DNA of 64,000 nucleotides from Thermoanaerobaculia bacterium (lineage in GTDB: Bacteria; Acidobacteriota; Thermoanaerobaculia; Gp7-AA8), in NCBI GenBank assembly GCA_034664845.1, contig JAXDGW010000047.1:16369-80368 (forward strand). Direction: 5' to 3'. Below the pieces are notes generated by a model, which was not told the origin of the DNA, made no database searches, and worked only from the letters and a program-made list of their open reading frames with translations. Positions 46,907-56,348 of the stretch are shown here, one piece after another; within the stretch, counting starts at the first letter, position 1; each line of letters begins with the position of its first letter. Both the position numbers and the translations under genes were made by a program.

Positions 46907-49051
46907 ATGCGCCGATCGGAGCAGCCTCACGTGGATGGAAGTGATCTGACAGCACACCCAGCTGCGAGCTCACTGCGGAGTTGGTCGGTGCGTGCGTCGT
47001 CGGCGATCTTCGGGCTTTGTATTGCCGTTGGGGCGTCGCCACGCCTCGCGCTTCGAGCGCGTCCGGAGGAGATGCTCTCCGCACTCAAGTTGGCGGGCTA
47101 CAGTCCGAAAGGGCTGATCCTTCAGTTCATCCTCGCGGTGCTGCTGACAGCGTTGTTCGCGATTGCAGGCGAGCGGCTGGCGCGGCTTCTTGCGTCGTAT
47201 CGATGGTCTGCGATCAGCTACAGCGCGGCACTTCTGCTGGCGCCGGTCGCCTTGATGAGCTTCGGGAACGTCAAGCACGTGCTGCTGCTTGGCGCCGTCG
47301 CGGCCGTCATCGTGGTCCTGCGCAAACGCGATCCTCACTTCTCGCAGGGTGACGTCGTTCTGATCCCGGTGTTCCTGGCCTGCTACATGGCCTTTCTCGA
47401 CCTCGACTTCGGCCACACGCCCATCGCGACATTTCTTCGGGCGGCGATCGCGGTCTTTGCCATCCGGCTGATCGTCCCGTTGTCAGACGCGTTCCTCGTT
47501 TCTCCACTAGCTCTGGCAGCGGAGATCGGTTTGCACACGCAGGCGATTGGCGCGGTCATCGCGTTGATCGTGATCTTCGTGACGCCGTTTCTTCTCGCGA
47601 GGCTGAGACGCCCGTTGCCGCGCAGGATCATCTATCCGATCGTGGTCTTCCTCTATCCGCTGGCCGCGATCAGGCTCCCTTCACCGGTCACCTCCGATTT
47701 TTTCGAAGACGGCCACGATGTGCCGGTGGCGGCGGAGATGTTGCGCGGCGAGAGGCCGTATGCGGACATCATCCCGACTCACGGCCTCATCAGCGATGGT
47801 GCGCTCTACGTCGGGGCCGCGAAGATCGGGCTCACCTCTCTCCCGCAATGGCTGAACACGCGGCTCGTGGCCGGGTTCCTGAGCGGGGTCGCGATCTATT
47901 GCCTCGCCCTGGCGGTCACGGGAAGCGCGAACATGGCGCTCCTCGCGGCGTTCCTGACGTTCTCGCTCTACCCAGGCTCCATGATCTGGTTGCGGCCATC
48001 GGCGGCGATCTTCGCCCTCGCCGCGACGATTGCCGGAACGCGCCTGCGCTCGCGGCGCTGGTTCGTCGCCGCGGGGGCGCTGGTCGTCATCGCCTATCTC
48101 GTCAGCATCGACTTCGGGCTTTACTCGGCGATCGTCGCCCTGTTCGCGGCGTTTCGCGCACGCGCGCTGCGCGCACTCGGAATCGGCGTGGCTGCCGCCG
48201 CGGTGCCGGTGCTGCTGATTTTCGCGGCGTTCGGATTCGCGCTCGACTTCATCCGCGTCAACGTCACCGAGATCCTCGGCAGTCACTCTGCCTACTTCGC
48301 CCATCCGATGGAGCTTCCTGAACCGCTGCGGTCACCGTCGCTGATCCACCATCTCGCCAACGGTCTGATGCCGATCACATGGTGCGTAGCGCTGATCACG
48401 ACTTGCGTGGCGCTGGCTCGGTCACCACTGCGAGCGCGGCGCAGCGACGGCCCATGGCTGATCGGCGTCTGGATGGTCGTCGCCGCTGCGTCGTTCATCG
48501 AGCGCAACAATTCCTATTACTTCATCGTGGGGACGCCATTCCTCTTCGTAACCATCGGGACGCTGCGCCGGACGTCGCGAACGCTGGCGACGGTGTTGAT
48601 GGTCGCCGTTATCCTGCTGGCCGAGCCGTTCCGGCATGTGATTACGGTGATCCCCGAACTGCGCAGCGCAAAGCAGGGCCCGATGTTCACGCCTACCGTC
48701 AGCACGTCGATTCGCGCTGCGCAGCAATTCGTCGCCACGCTGAAACCGGATGACACGTTCGTGGACTTTTCAAACTCGGCGTTGCTGTATTCGCTCGTGC
48801 ATCGCGACTGTCCGTTGCGTCAGATCGAGGTCGCGAATTACCAGACCGAGGAAGGGCAGCGGGAAGTCATCGCGCGGATTCAAAACAACCGTCATATTCG
48901 CGCCGCGCTGATCGTGTTTCCCGGATCGATCCAGGACGTCGACATGATTCCGAACGCGGAGAGAGCGCCGAAAGTCTGGGCATTCCTCCAAAAGAACTTC
49001 ACGCCTGCATTCGGACAGGACGGCGTGGTGTTCTGGCGCCGGAATCCCTGA
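46907..49051 (+). CDS. Polytopic membrane protein, possible GT-C-like
   Basis: Many TM helices; DFFEDGH...GERPYADIIPTHG luminal motif; start uncertain. Confidence 0.6.
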   Translation: MRRSEQPHVDGSDLTAHPAASSLRSWSVRASSAIFGLCIAVGASPRLALRARPEEMLSALKLAGYSPKGLILQFILAVLLTALFAIAGERLARLLASYRWSAISYSAALLLAPVALMSFGNVKHVLLLGAVAAVIVVLRKRDPHFSQGDVVLIPVFLACYMAFLDLDFGHTPIATFLRAAIAVFAIRLIVPLSDAFLVSPLALAAEIGLHTQAIGAVIALIVIFVTPFLLARLRRPLPRRIIYPIVVFLYPLAAIRLPSPVTSDFFEDGHDVPVAAEMLRGERPYADIIPTHGLISDGALYVGAAKIGLTSLPQWLNTRLVAGFLSGVAIYCLALAVTGSANMALLAAFLTFSLYPGSMIWLRPSAAIFALAATIAGTRLRSRRWFVAAGALVVIAYLVSIDFGLYSAIVALFAAFRARALRALGIGVAAAAVPVLLIFAAFGFALDFIRVNVTEILGSHSAYFAHPMELPEPLRSPSLIHHLANGLMPITWCVALITTCVALARSPLRARRSDGPWLIGVWMVVAAASFIERNNSYYFIVGTPFLFVTIGTLRRTSRTLATVLMVAVILLAEPFRHVITVIPELRSAKQGPMFTPTVSTSIRAAQQFVATLKPDDTFVDFSNSALLYSLVHRDCPLRQIEVANYQTEEGQREVIARIQNNRHIRAALIVFPGSIQDVDMIPNAERAPKVWAFLQKNFTPAFGQDGVVFWRRNP

Positions 49052-49063
49052 GCGAGCGATTTC

Positions 49064-50713
49064 TTACGACGCTGGGAGCTCGCGCCGGGCCGTGCGGCCG
49101 ATCACCAGCGTCTGATCGTCCTTCTGCGGCGCTTCCGCGACAAAGGCATCGACTGCGTTGGCGATGGCATCGCGAATGCCGCCGGCGGACGCGCCCGTGT
49201 GTACGCCGAGGAGCTCCTCGAATGCTTCGTTCCCCCACTCGTCGCCGGCCATGTTCTCCGCTTCGTTGATGCCGTCGCTGTAAAGCACGACGGCGGAGCC
49301 GGAAGCGAACGGACGCGTCTGCGTCATGTACTTGGAAGTGCCGAGGATGCCGATCGGGAGGCCGTGCGACCGAAGCTGCTCGATACGATCGCCAGTGAGG
49401 ACGTAGCAGGGATTGTGGCCTGCATTGACGAACTGGATCGTCTCCGCTTCCGGATCGATCGTGACCATGATCATGGTGATGAACTTGTTCTCGGCAGACC
49501 AACTGTGGATGTGGCGATTGAGCTCGGTGGCGATGTCGCCGAGCTCGCGCCCCTCGGCGAAAAGAAGCTGGACAGCCGCATGAAACGCCGAAACCAGCAG
49601 CGCCGCCGGCATCGACTTGCCCGAAACGTCGGCCACGATCGTCGTCAACGTTCCCTCGCGCTGAAAGAAGGCGTGATAGTCGCCGCCGACCTGCTTGGCC
49701 GGACGGGATAGCGCGGCGAGATCGATCCCTTCGATGGTCGGAATCGACTTCGGAAGAATGTCGCGCTGGATGGTGGCGGCGAGATCGAGCTCCCGCTGCA
49801 TGGCCTGTTTCTCGAGCGCTTCCTTGTGCAGACGCGCGTTCTCGAGGGCGATGGCAACCTGATTGGCGAAGAGCGAAAGGAGCCGCAACTCGTTCGCTTC
49901 GAACGCGCCGACGTCGCCTTCACGGGTCTCGCGATCACCCGCGGCCAGCACACCGATCACCGCGTTGTTGCCTTTGATCGGGACGGCAACCGTGGCGATG
50001 CAACCGGGGAAAATGCACTCGGAGGCGTCTTCGAATGTGAGGGCCTCACCGGCGGCAACGACGCGGTCGGTGATCTCGTCATCGAGAAAATCGGAGCGCG
50101 TATCGCCGAACGAGCGGTAGACGCGGAACTTGTCGCCGTCGCGCAGAAAAAGCGCGGCGCGCCGGGCGTTGATCAGCGAAATCATCCGGAAGAGGATCTC
50201 GTCTGCAAGCGCATCAATGTTCAGCGTGCCGGCGATGGAGAGGCCGATGTCGTAAAGCGACTCCAGCTCCCAGAGTCGGTACTTGAGCTGGAAGTCGCCC
50301 TCGCGCATCTCCTGCGCCAGGCGATGGTTGTTCAAAACCGAGCCGGCAAACGCCCCTGCAGCGTGCAGCATTTGCAGATCCTCATCGGAAGCTGCGTCGC
50401 CGATGAGCGCAACGATTCCGAAGTGATCGCGGATCGTCCGAATCGGGATCAAATGCCTCGGCGGCGGATCGAGCAGCGGACGTGCGAACTCGATCTCCTC
50501 ATCTTCAAGGATGTCAGGACCGATGCAGCTGTCGGACTTCGCCGCCAACCGCACGGGTCCGCGCGCATCTCGCAGATAGACGGCGCTGACGTCGAACGGC
50601 GTGTGCTTGGTGAAGGCGTCGAGGATCAGCGACCCATGCGACGAAAGCGCGGCGCGCTCGAGTTGCTGGAGATCGTGCAGAAACTCCGCGAACTGGTGGA
50701 CTAGGGGAGACAT
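49064..50713 (-). CDS. GAF-containing SpoIIE/RsbU-type PP2C phosphatase
   Basis: VGGDY, ADVSGK, NAGH, LYSDG and DDQT motifs. Confidence 0.92.
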   Translation of the reverse strand: MSPLVHQFAEFLHDLQQLERAALSSHGSLILDAFTKHTPFDVSAVYLRDARGPVRLAAKSDSCIGPDILEDEEIEFARPLLDPPPRHLIPIRTIRDHFGIVALIGDAASDEDLQMLHAAGAFAGSVLNNHRLAQEMREGDFQLKYRLWELESLYDIGLSIAGTLNIDALADEILFRMISLINARRAALFLRDGDKFRVYRSFGDTRSDFLDDEITDRVVAAGEALTFEDASECIFPGCIATVAVPIKGNNAVIGVLAAGDRETREGDVGAFEANELRLLSLFANQVAIALENARLHKEALEKQAMQRELDLAATIQRDILPKSIPTIEGIDLAALSRPAKQVGGDYHAFFQREGTLTTIVADVSGKSMPAALLVSAFHAAVQLLFAEGRELGDIATELNRHIHSWSAENKFITMIMVTIDPEAETIQFVNAGHNPCYVLTGDRIEQLRSHGLPIGILGTSKYMTQTRPFASGSAVVLYSDGINEAENMAGDEWGNEAFEELLGVHTGASAGGIRDAIANAVDAFVAEAPQKDDQTLVIGRTARRELPAS

Positions 50714-50735
50714 GCGGGAGACGGAAGAATAGCAG

Positions 50736-50822
50736 TTGCGAAGCGCGGTCGCGGGGTTACGAGGTCGCGAGGTTGCGCGGGCGGCACAGCGAGACCGCGT
50801 AACCTCGGAACCCCGCTACCTC
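50736..50822. repeat. Inverted octamer microsatellite (GAGGTTGC-type)
   Basis: gcggtcgc ggggttac gaggtcgc gaggttgc...gagaccgc gtaacctc ggaacccc gctacctc. Confidence 0.75.
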
Positions 50823-51171
50823 ACAATCCCAGCTCCTTGATTGCCGTCTCCTCGTTATCGAAAATCTTCGCGTAATTCGCAAGGCCCATGATCTGGAAGG
50901 TCTTGTGGATGACGGGAGTCAGGCAGCAGAAGGCGATGGTGCCGCCTTTATCGATCATCTTCTCGATGATCTCGATGAGGATGCTGATGCCGATGGAGTT
51001 GACGATTTTCGTATCGCGGAGGTTGAGCAGGAGCGTGCGCACGTTGTCCTCCATCAACTCGTAGGCACGGTTGGCGATCTCTTCGCCGCCTACATTGTTG
51101 ATGTAGCCCTTCGTGTAGAGCACCGCCCCGTTCGGCCTGCGGTCGACTGCGACTCTTAGTTCCTCAGTCAT
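50821..51171 (-). CDS. STAS anti-anti-sigma factor (RsbV/SpoIIAA-like)
   Basis: LLLNLRDTKIVNSIGISIL with the phospho-Ser position; FQIMGL. Confidence 0.9.
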   Translation of the reverse strand: MTEELRVAVDRRPNGAVLYTKGYINNVGGEEIANRAYELMEDNVRTLLLNLRDTKIVNSIGISILIEIIEKMIDKGGTIAFCCLTPVIHKTFQIMGLANYAKIFDNEETAIKELGL

Positions 51172-51607
51172 GATTCTTCTTCTCGTATTTGACCATGTGG
51201 ATTGTGGTTCCCCCACCCGACGAAGTCGAGATGCTGACCTCGTCCATATGCGCCTCGATCAGTTGCAGTCCTCTACCGCGTTTGTGAGCCGCGCCGGCGG
51301 CGGGCCGGCGGGATCGGGCCTCATCAGGATCGAATCCGCGGCCGTGATCGGTGATCCAGACATCGATCCTGCTGCCATCGCCCTCGGAAGTGCCCACGAA
51401 TCTTAAATAGATGCGGTTGTCTTCGCAACCGGAGTGCTCGCGAGCGTTGATGCACGCCTCGATGATCGCATGAGTCATCTCATCGATCTTCTCGGAGCTC
51501 ATTCCAAGCTCGCGGGCGAGATTGCCTGCCGCACGCGCGGCGGCGATCTCGATATCCGCGACCATCGGAAGAGTCAGCTCCATCTGCCGCTCGGCGGTTC
51601 TGGTCAT
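51164..51607 (-). CDS. RsbW/SpoIIAB-like anti-sigma serine kinase
   Basis: EACINAREH, DHGRGF and RGRGLQLIEAHMDEV motifs. Confidence 0.9.
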   Translation of the reverse strand: MTRTAERQMELTLPMVADIEIAAARAAGNLARELGMSSEKIDEMTHAIIEACINAREHSGCEDNRIYLRFVGTSEGDGSRIDVWITDHGRGFDPDEARSRRPAAGAAHKRGRGLQLIEAHMDEVSISTSSGGGTTIHMVKYEKKNHD

Positions 51608-51632
51608 TTCACGGGGATCCTGTGGCCGATCG

Positions 51633-51791
51633 TCAAAAGGAAAGGAGCAACGCAACCGCGGACTTGATCCAGTCGGGGATGCCGCCCAGCTGATCGATCG
51701 CAAGCAGGGCGAAGGTGTTGACCGCCAGCAACATAGGAAGCGCGTACTGAACGGAGATGGCGTTGCTGCGGGTATCGGCGATGCTTTTCAT
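51633..51791 (-). CDS. 52-aa small hydrophobic protein (absent from ORF track)
   Basis: MKSIADTRSNAISVQYALPMLLAVNTFALLAIDQLGGIPDWIKSAVALLLSF*; G-rich RBS (GAGGGGGGACACC) before the ATG. Confidence 0.7.
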   Translation of the reverse strand: MKSIADTRSNAISVQYALPMLLAVNTFALLAIDQLGGIPDWIKSAVALLLSF

Positions 51792-51824
51792 GGTGTCCCC
51801 CCTCGTGTGTCGGGACCACCCTTG

Positions 51825-51840
51825 AGCAACGCGACTGCCA
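51825..51840 (-). promoter_or_regulatory. Sigma-54 -24/-12 promoter
   Basis: Minus strand TGGCAGTCGCGTTGCT has exact GG-N10-GC spacing and lies next to a sigma-54 activator gene. Confidence 0.75.
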
Positions 51841-52002
51841 CGCCCGATTTGCCTGCTCCACTCTCTCTAAGCCTCTGATACCGCGAAGTTTACACGAGAA
51901 CATGAGTGAGATGTGACGGAGTGCGCAACTGGGTCAAATGGCCACATAGAGAAGGTTTCAAACTGTGCGTTCAGTGTAAACCACTGAGCTGAAAGCGGTT
52001 TA

Positions 52003-53535
52003 CTAGTGAATGTCCCAAGATTCCACATATGCCCTCAATTGGGACAACGCCTCTCGCATGCGGTAGAGAGTCTTGCGGTCGATGCCCAGGATACGCGCTG
52101 CTTTCGACATGTTTCCCTTCGTGTGCGAGAGGACGCGAGCAACGTAGCGCCGCTGCAAATCGTCGAGAGATGGAAAGTCGGTCATGAGCTCCACGCCACC
52201 AGAGCCGGTGGTTGATTCCGGAAGGGCAAGGTCGCCGGGATCGATCACCGGGTCGGTCGTCAGCGCCAGCGAGCCCTCGATCAGATTCTCCAGCTCCCGA
52301 ACGTTCCCGGGAAACGGATAGCGCATCAGTTTCTGCAATGCTTCCTGCGAGATCCGGACGTCGTGCAGCCCCTCGCGCTTCCCGTACTTGTCGAGAAAAA
52401 AGCGCACGAGTTTCGGAATGTCTTCTTTGCGGTCGCGCAGCGGCGGCAGAACGATCTCGACGACTTTGAGCCGGTAGTAGAGGTCCTGACGAAACTCGAC
52501 CTTCTCGATCATCTGCTCGAGATCGCGGTGCGTGGCGGAAAGGATGCGCACGTCGATGGGGATGCGGCGCCTTCCGCCGAGCTTCTCGACCTCGCGCTCC
52601 TGCAGCACGCGCAGAAGCTTGGCCTGCAACGCCAGCGGGATGTCGCCCACCTCGTCCAGAAAGATCGTCCCGCCTTTGGCGAGCTCGAACTTGCCGGGCC
52701 GCGCATCCACTCCGGTGGCCACGCCGCGCTCGATCCCGAAAAGCTCGGATTCGAGCAGGGTTTCCGGCAACGCCGCGCAATTGATCGCGACGAACGGACC
52801 GTCTTTGCGCGGCGAGTTGCCGTGGATGAGCCGCGCCACCATCTCCTTGCCGGTTCCCGACTCGCCGCGAATCAGCACGCTGGCCTGCGAATCCGCCACG
52901 CGCGCGACGAGGTCGATGACCCGCTGCATCTTGGGAGAGTCGCCGATCATGAGCCGGTCGTTGTAGTCGCGCAGCATCCGCTGTTTGAGGTTGCGGTTTT
53001 CGTCTTCGAGCGTCGCGCGCAGAACGGAGAGTTTGTGAAAATTGCGGGCGTTGTCGATGGCCGCTCCGCCGATAGCTGCCAGCGACGCGAGGAAGCGGAG
53101 ATCGTCCTCGACGAAGCTGCCGCTCTTGGCGCCGCGCTCCTCTTTGCCTCCGACGCCGATCATGCCGATGATCGACTCGCCGGAGATCATCGGGGCCAGG
53201 AGCAGGTCTTTGCCTGTTCCGCCGAGAAACTTGGAGACGGCGACGGACATCGGTTCGCGCGAGGCCAGTACCTGCTTGACGGGCGGCTCGGCCAGGATGG
53301 CATTCGCGGGCGTCGGGATCTCAAGCTCGAACGTGAAGATCTGCTGGACGTTGAGCTTTTCATCGAGAGAAAAAACGAACCCCGCCATCGCATCGAGCAC
53401 GGCCACGGCGCGGTGCATGAGCTCTTCGATGAGCTCCCCTTCCGGACGGAGAGTGTTCAGCGCACGGCCGACATCGTAAAGCGCCTCCAGCTGGAGGAGC
53501 TTGCGGCGAAGTTCGAAGTTTGATTGCTGGGGCAT
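52003..53535 (-). CDS. GAF-AAA+-Fis sigma-54 enhancer-binding protein
   Basis: GESGTGKE, ESELFG..GVATGV, FLDEVG, FPGNVREL and HTH AARILGIDRKTLYR. Confidence 0.93.
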   Translation of the reverse strand: MPQQSNFELRRKLLQLEALYDVGRALNTLRPEGELIEELMHRAVAVLDAMAGFVFSLDEKLNVQQIFTFELEIPTPANAILAEPPVKQVLASREPMSVAVSKFLGGTGKDLLLAPMISGESIIGMIGVGGKEERGAKSGSFVEDDLRFLASLAAIGGAAIDNARNFHKLSVLRATLEDENRNLKQRMLRDYNDRLMIGDSPKMQRVIDLVARVADSQASVLIRGESGTGKEMVARLIHGNSPRKDGPFVAINCAALPETLLESELFGIERGVATGVDARPGKFELAKGGTIFLDEVGDIPLALQAKLLRVLQEREVEKLGGRRRIPIDVRILSATHRDLEQMIEKVEFRQDLYYRLKVVEIVLPPLRDRKEDIPKLVRFFLDKYGKREGLHDVRISQEALQKLMRYPFPGNVRELENLIEGSLALTTDPVIDPGDLALPESTTGSGGVELMTDFPSLDDLQRRYVARVLSHTKGNMSKAARILGIDRKTLYRMREALSQLRAYVESWDIH

Positions 53536-53539
53536 GGTG

Positions 53540-53713
53540 TGGGTTGCTGGGTTGCTGGGTTGCTGGGTTGCTGGGTGGTTACGTTTGGTGAGTCGTTGGG
53601 TTGCCGGGATACTTTCTCGCGGGGTTACGATTTCTACTTTTGAGTATCCAGACAGCGCGGAAGCTTGGCAACCCGGAAACTCAGCAACCCAGTAACCAAG
53701 CAACTCAGCAACC
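53540..53713. repeat. Inverted octamer microsatellite (GGGTTGCT)n...(AGCAACCC)n
   Basis: Four perfect GGGTTGCT units, with complementary degenerate units at ~53668-53713. Confidence 0.88.
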
Positions 53714-53721
53714 GGTTCTCC

Positions 53722-54108
53722 TCAATCCCTCCCCACCGCCTTCCGACATTCTCCGAGCAGAAAATCGCAGTTCCAGGTTGCGTAGAACGCGCGATCCATC
53801 GCGTAGATTCTGACGAACAGTGTCGCAGCCTGATCGAAACGGCCACGCTTCATCTCGGTGCGGGCGAGGAAATAGATCGATCGGATGAGGCGCGGCTCCT
53901 CCACGTTCTTTTCCACGATGCCGCGGAACCCCGCCTCGGCCTCCGCGAACTGGCGCTGTTGATACGCGCAGAGCGCCTTGCCGTAGTCGTCCGAGGCGCC
54001 GCAGGTGGATGGGGGCTTCGCGTTCGCTGTCGTGGCGAGGACAGCGACGAGTAAGAGAGCGCAGCGCACGGTCGTCAGTTTAGAACCTTTTCGCGGAGAC
54101 GCGGACAA
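53722..54108 (-). CDS. Small exported TPR-like protein
   Basis: Hydrophobic leader and TPR-like helices; true start probably ~54069. Confidence 0.65.
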   Translation of the reverse strand: MSASPRKGSKLTTVRCALLLVAVLATTANAKPPSTCGASDDYGKALCAYQQRQFAEAEAGFRGIVEKNVEEPRLIRSIYFLARTEMKRGRFDQAATLFVRIYAMDRAFYATWNCDFLLGECRKAVGRD

Positions 54109-54146
54109 CGCGGTGACTCACTCGGCATCTCCGCGGCTCCGCGTGA
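54091..54146. repeat. Inverted 9-mer repeat hairpin
   Basis: cgcggagacgcggacaacgcggtga...ctcggcatctccgcggctccgcg. Confidence 0.6.
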
Positions 54147-54177
54147 TCCCGTCTCCCTTTCGAAATACACTCCAACG

Positions 54178-54903
54178 ATGAACCTTGGCATCATCGGCAA
54201 TGGCCGCGCCGCATGGGCATTCGGCGCGACCTGGCGCCGGATCGGCTGGCCCATTTCGGGCATCGCCACGCGATCGCCGTCAACCATTGCATCGCTCCTC
54301 GGCACCGAGGCGAGGACGATCGATGCGCTTGCCGGCGACAGTGATCTCCTCCTCATCGCCGTCAGCGACCGCGCCATCGTGGAAGTTGCGGCCACGATTC
54401 CGGAAACGAAGGCCATCATCTTCCATCCCAGCGGTGCGCTTCCCTCGCTCCGCGGCGGCTTTTCGCTCCATCCGTTGAAAGCGCTGCCGCCAGTCGGAGA
54501 AGCATCGGACCTTGCCAACACGCTGCTCGTGTTTGAAGGCGCGCATCGCGATGTCGCCGAGCGGATCGCCGCGGCGGCGGGGGCGCGATTCGCGGAGATC
54601 ACGCCGGACGTCAAGACGCGATACCACGCCGCGGCGGTCTTCGGATCGAACTACGTCGCTGCCCTGCTCGACATCGCCGAGGAGATGATCGGGATCGATG
54701 GAGCGCGCGACGATCTGGCAGCGCTGGCGCGTTCCGCTATCGACAACTGGCTCGCGCACACCGACGGCCGACGCTTCACCGGACCGGCAGCGCGCGGGGA
54801 CGAGGCCGTCATCGAACGGCACATCGCTGCGCTGGCAGACAATCAGCACCTCGCCGAGATCTACAGCCTGCTCGCGGCTCGCATTGTTGCGACCGCAAAG
54901 TAG
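54178..54903 (+). CDS. Rossmann-like DUF2520 protein (PanG-like reductase)
   Basis: GIIGNG, AVSDRAI, HPSGA, HPL, YHAAAVFGSN and TGPAARGD motifs. Confidence 0.82.
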   Translation: MNLGIIGNGRAAWAFGATWRRIGWPISGIATRSPSTIASLLGTEARTIDALAGDSDLLLIAVSDRAIVEVAATIPETKAIIFHPSGALPSLRGGFSLHPLKALPPVGEASDLANTLLVFEGAHRDVAERIAAAAGARFAEITPDVKTRYHAAAVFGSNYVAALLDIAEEMIGIDGARDDLAALARSAIDNWLAHTDGRRFTGPAARGDEAVIERHIAALADNQHLAEIYSLLAARIVATAK

Positions 54904-54946
54904 CGGGTGCTACCATCGATCCCTTTTCGACCGGGGCCGCGCTCGA

Positions 54947-56329
54947 ATGGTCTTCTTCAATTACGCGACGATGCAGATGGCGGCGAAGATCGTTTACTAC
55001 GGTCCGGGCCTCTGTGGGAAGACGACAAACCTGCACCACATCTACGCCAAGACCTCGCCGCAGAGCCGCGGGGAGATGGTGAGCCTGGAGACGGAAACAG
55101 ACCGAACGCTCTTTTTTGATTTGCTGCCGATCGACGTCGGCGTCATCGGCGGATTCAAGACCCGCCTTCAGCTCTACACGATTCCTGGTCAGGTCTTCTA
55201 CAACACGACGCGCAAGCTCGTCCTCAAGGGCGTCGACGGTCTGGTCTTCGTTGCCGACTCGCAGGTGGCGATGCTCGATGCGAATCTGGAGAGCTTCAAG
55301 AACCTTCGCGAAAACCTCGGCGAGATCGGTCTCTCCATCGATGAGATCCCGCTCGTTCTTCAAGTCAACAAGCGCGACCTCCCCAACATCGCGGCGGCCG
55401 AGACCGTCGTCGATGTCATCGATCCGGAGCGGAAGTACGACTGGGTCGAGGCGGTGGCATCGCGCGGCGACGGCGTTTTCGAGACGCTGAAAGTGATCTC
55501 GAAACTGACGCTGCGGACGTTGCGGCGGCGCATGACCGGCGAAGAACCGGTTCGCCCGCCGTCGCGCCGATCGGCGGCGGAGCCCTCCAATTTCCGCGTT
55601 CGCGACGAGGGCGTCATCCCCTCACAAACCATCGCAGCGCCGGCGAAGCCTTCCACGTCCAAAGTTTCCACCGCGCCGATTCCCGCATTCGGGGGGGCCA
55701 CCACGGCAGCCGCTCCGCCGGCTCACGTCCCCGAACCGCTGCTCACTCCGCCGCCGATCATCGAGCCGCCCATCGAGCCAGTGGAAGAGATCTCCGTAGA
55801 CGACGAGATCAACGTCAAAGCCCCCCCAAGCATCGACCACATCGACGACATCGCGATTCCGGACACCGCGCCTGAGCCGCCGGTTCAGATCCCCGAACCG
55901 GAGCCACAGCGCCGCGTCGAACCGCCGCCGATGCCGCCCGAGCCGGAAATCGATTTCGGGCAGGCCGAGAAGCACGCCAAAGCGGCGCCCGAGGTCAAGC
56001 ATGTGAAGGTCAGGTCGTCGGTCGACATCATGGCCGAGCTCGAATCGCTCCGGAAACGCGCCACGCAGTCGACTCCCAAACCGGCCTCGAAAAAAGAGAC
56101 GTCGCCGCTCGACGCGCTGCGAAATCCGCCCAAACCGAAGCGCGACATCCACCGCACCGTCACCCTCCCGACGCCTCCCGGCACTCTGCCGAAGTCGAAA
56201 CGCTTGCGCATTACGGTATCCTTTGAAAATGACGGAGGCGTCGTTCAGTCGCAGGAAGAGTCGCTGGACCTCGGCGAGACAAACGACGTCCAGTCACTTT
56301 CGGTCAATCTGAAATTCGAAGATCTCTAA
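54947..56329 (+). CDS. mglA: MglA-family small GTPase with a long Pro-rich C-terminal extension
   Basis: KIVYYGPGLCGKTTNL, DRTLFFD, LYTIPGQVFY and NKRDL motifs. Confidence 0.85.
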   Translation: MVFFNYATMQMAAKIVYYGPGLCGKTTNLHHIYAKTSPQSRGEMVSLETETDRTLFFDLLPIDVGVIGGFKTRLQLYTIPGQVFYNTTRKLVLKGVDGLVFVADSQVAMLDANLESFKNLRENLGEIGLSIDEIPLVLQVNKRDLPNIAAAETVVDVIDPERKYDWVEAVASRGDGVFETLKVISKLTLRTLRRRMTGEEPVRPPSRRSAAEPSNFRVRDEGVIPSQTIAAPAKPSTSKVSTAPIPAFGGATTAAAPPAHVPEPLLTPPPIIEPPIEPVEEISVDDEINVKAPPSIDHIDDIAIPDTAPEPPVQIPEPEPQRRVEPPPMPPEPEIDFGQAEKHAKAAPEVKHVKVRSSVDIMAELESLRKRATQSTPKPASKKETSPLDALRNPPKPKRDIHRTVTLPTPPGTLPKSKRLRITVSFENDGGVVQSQEESLDLGETNDVQSLSVNLKFEDL

Positions 56330-56348
56330 CGGGCGGGAGGGTGTTGCG

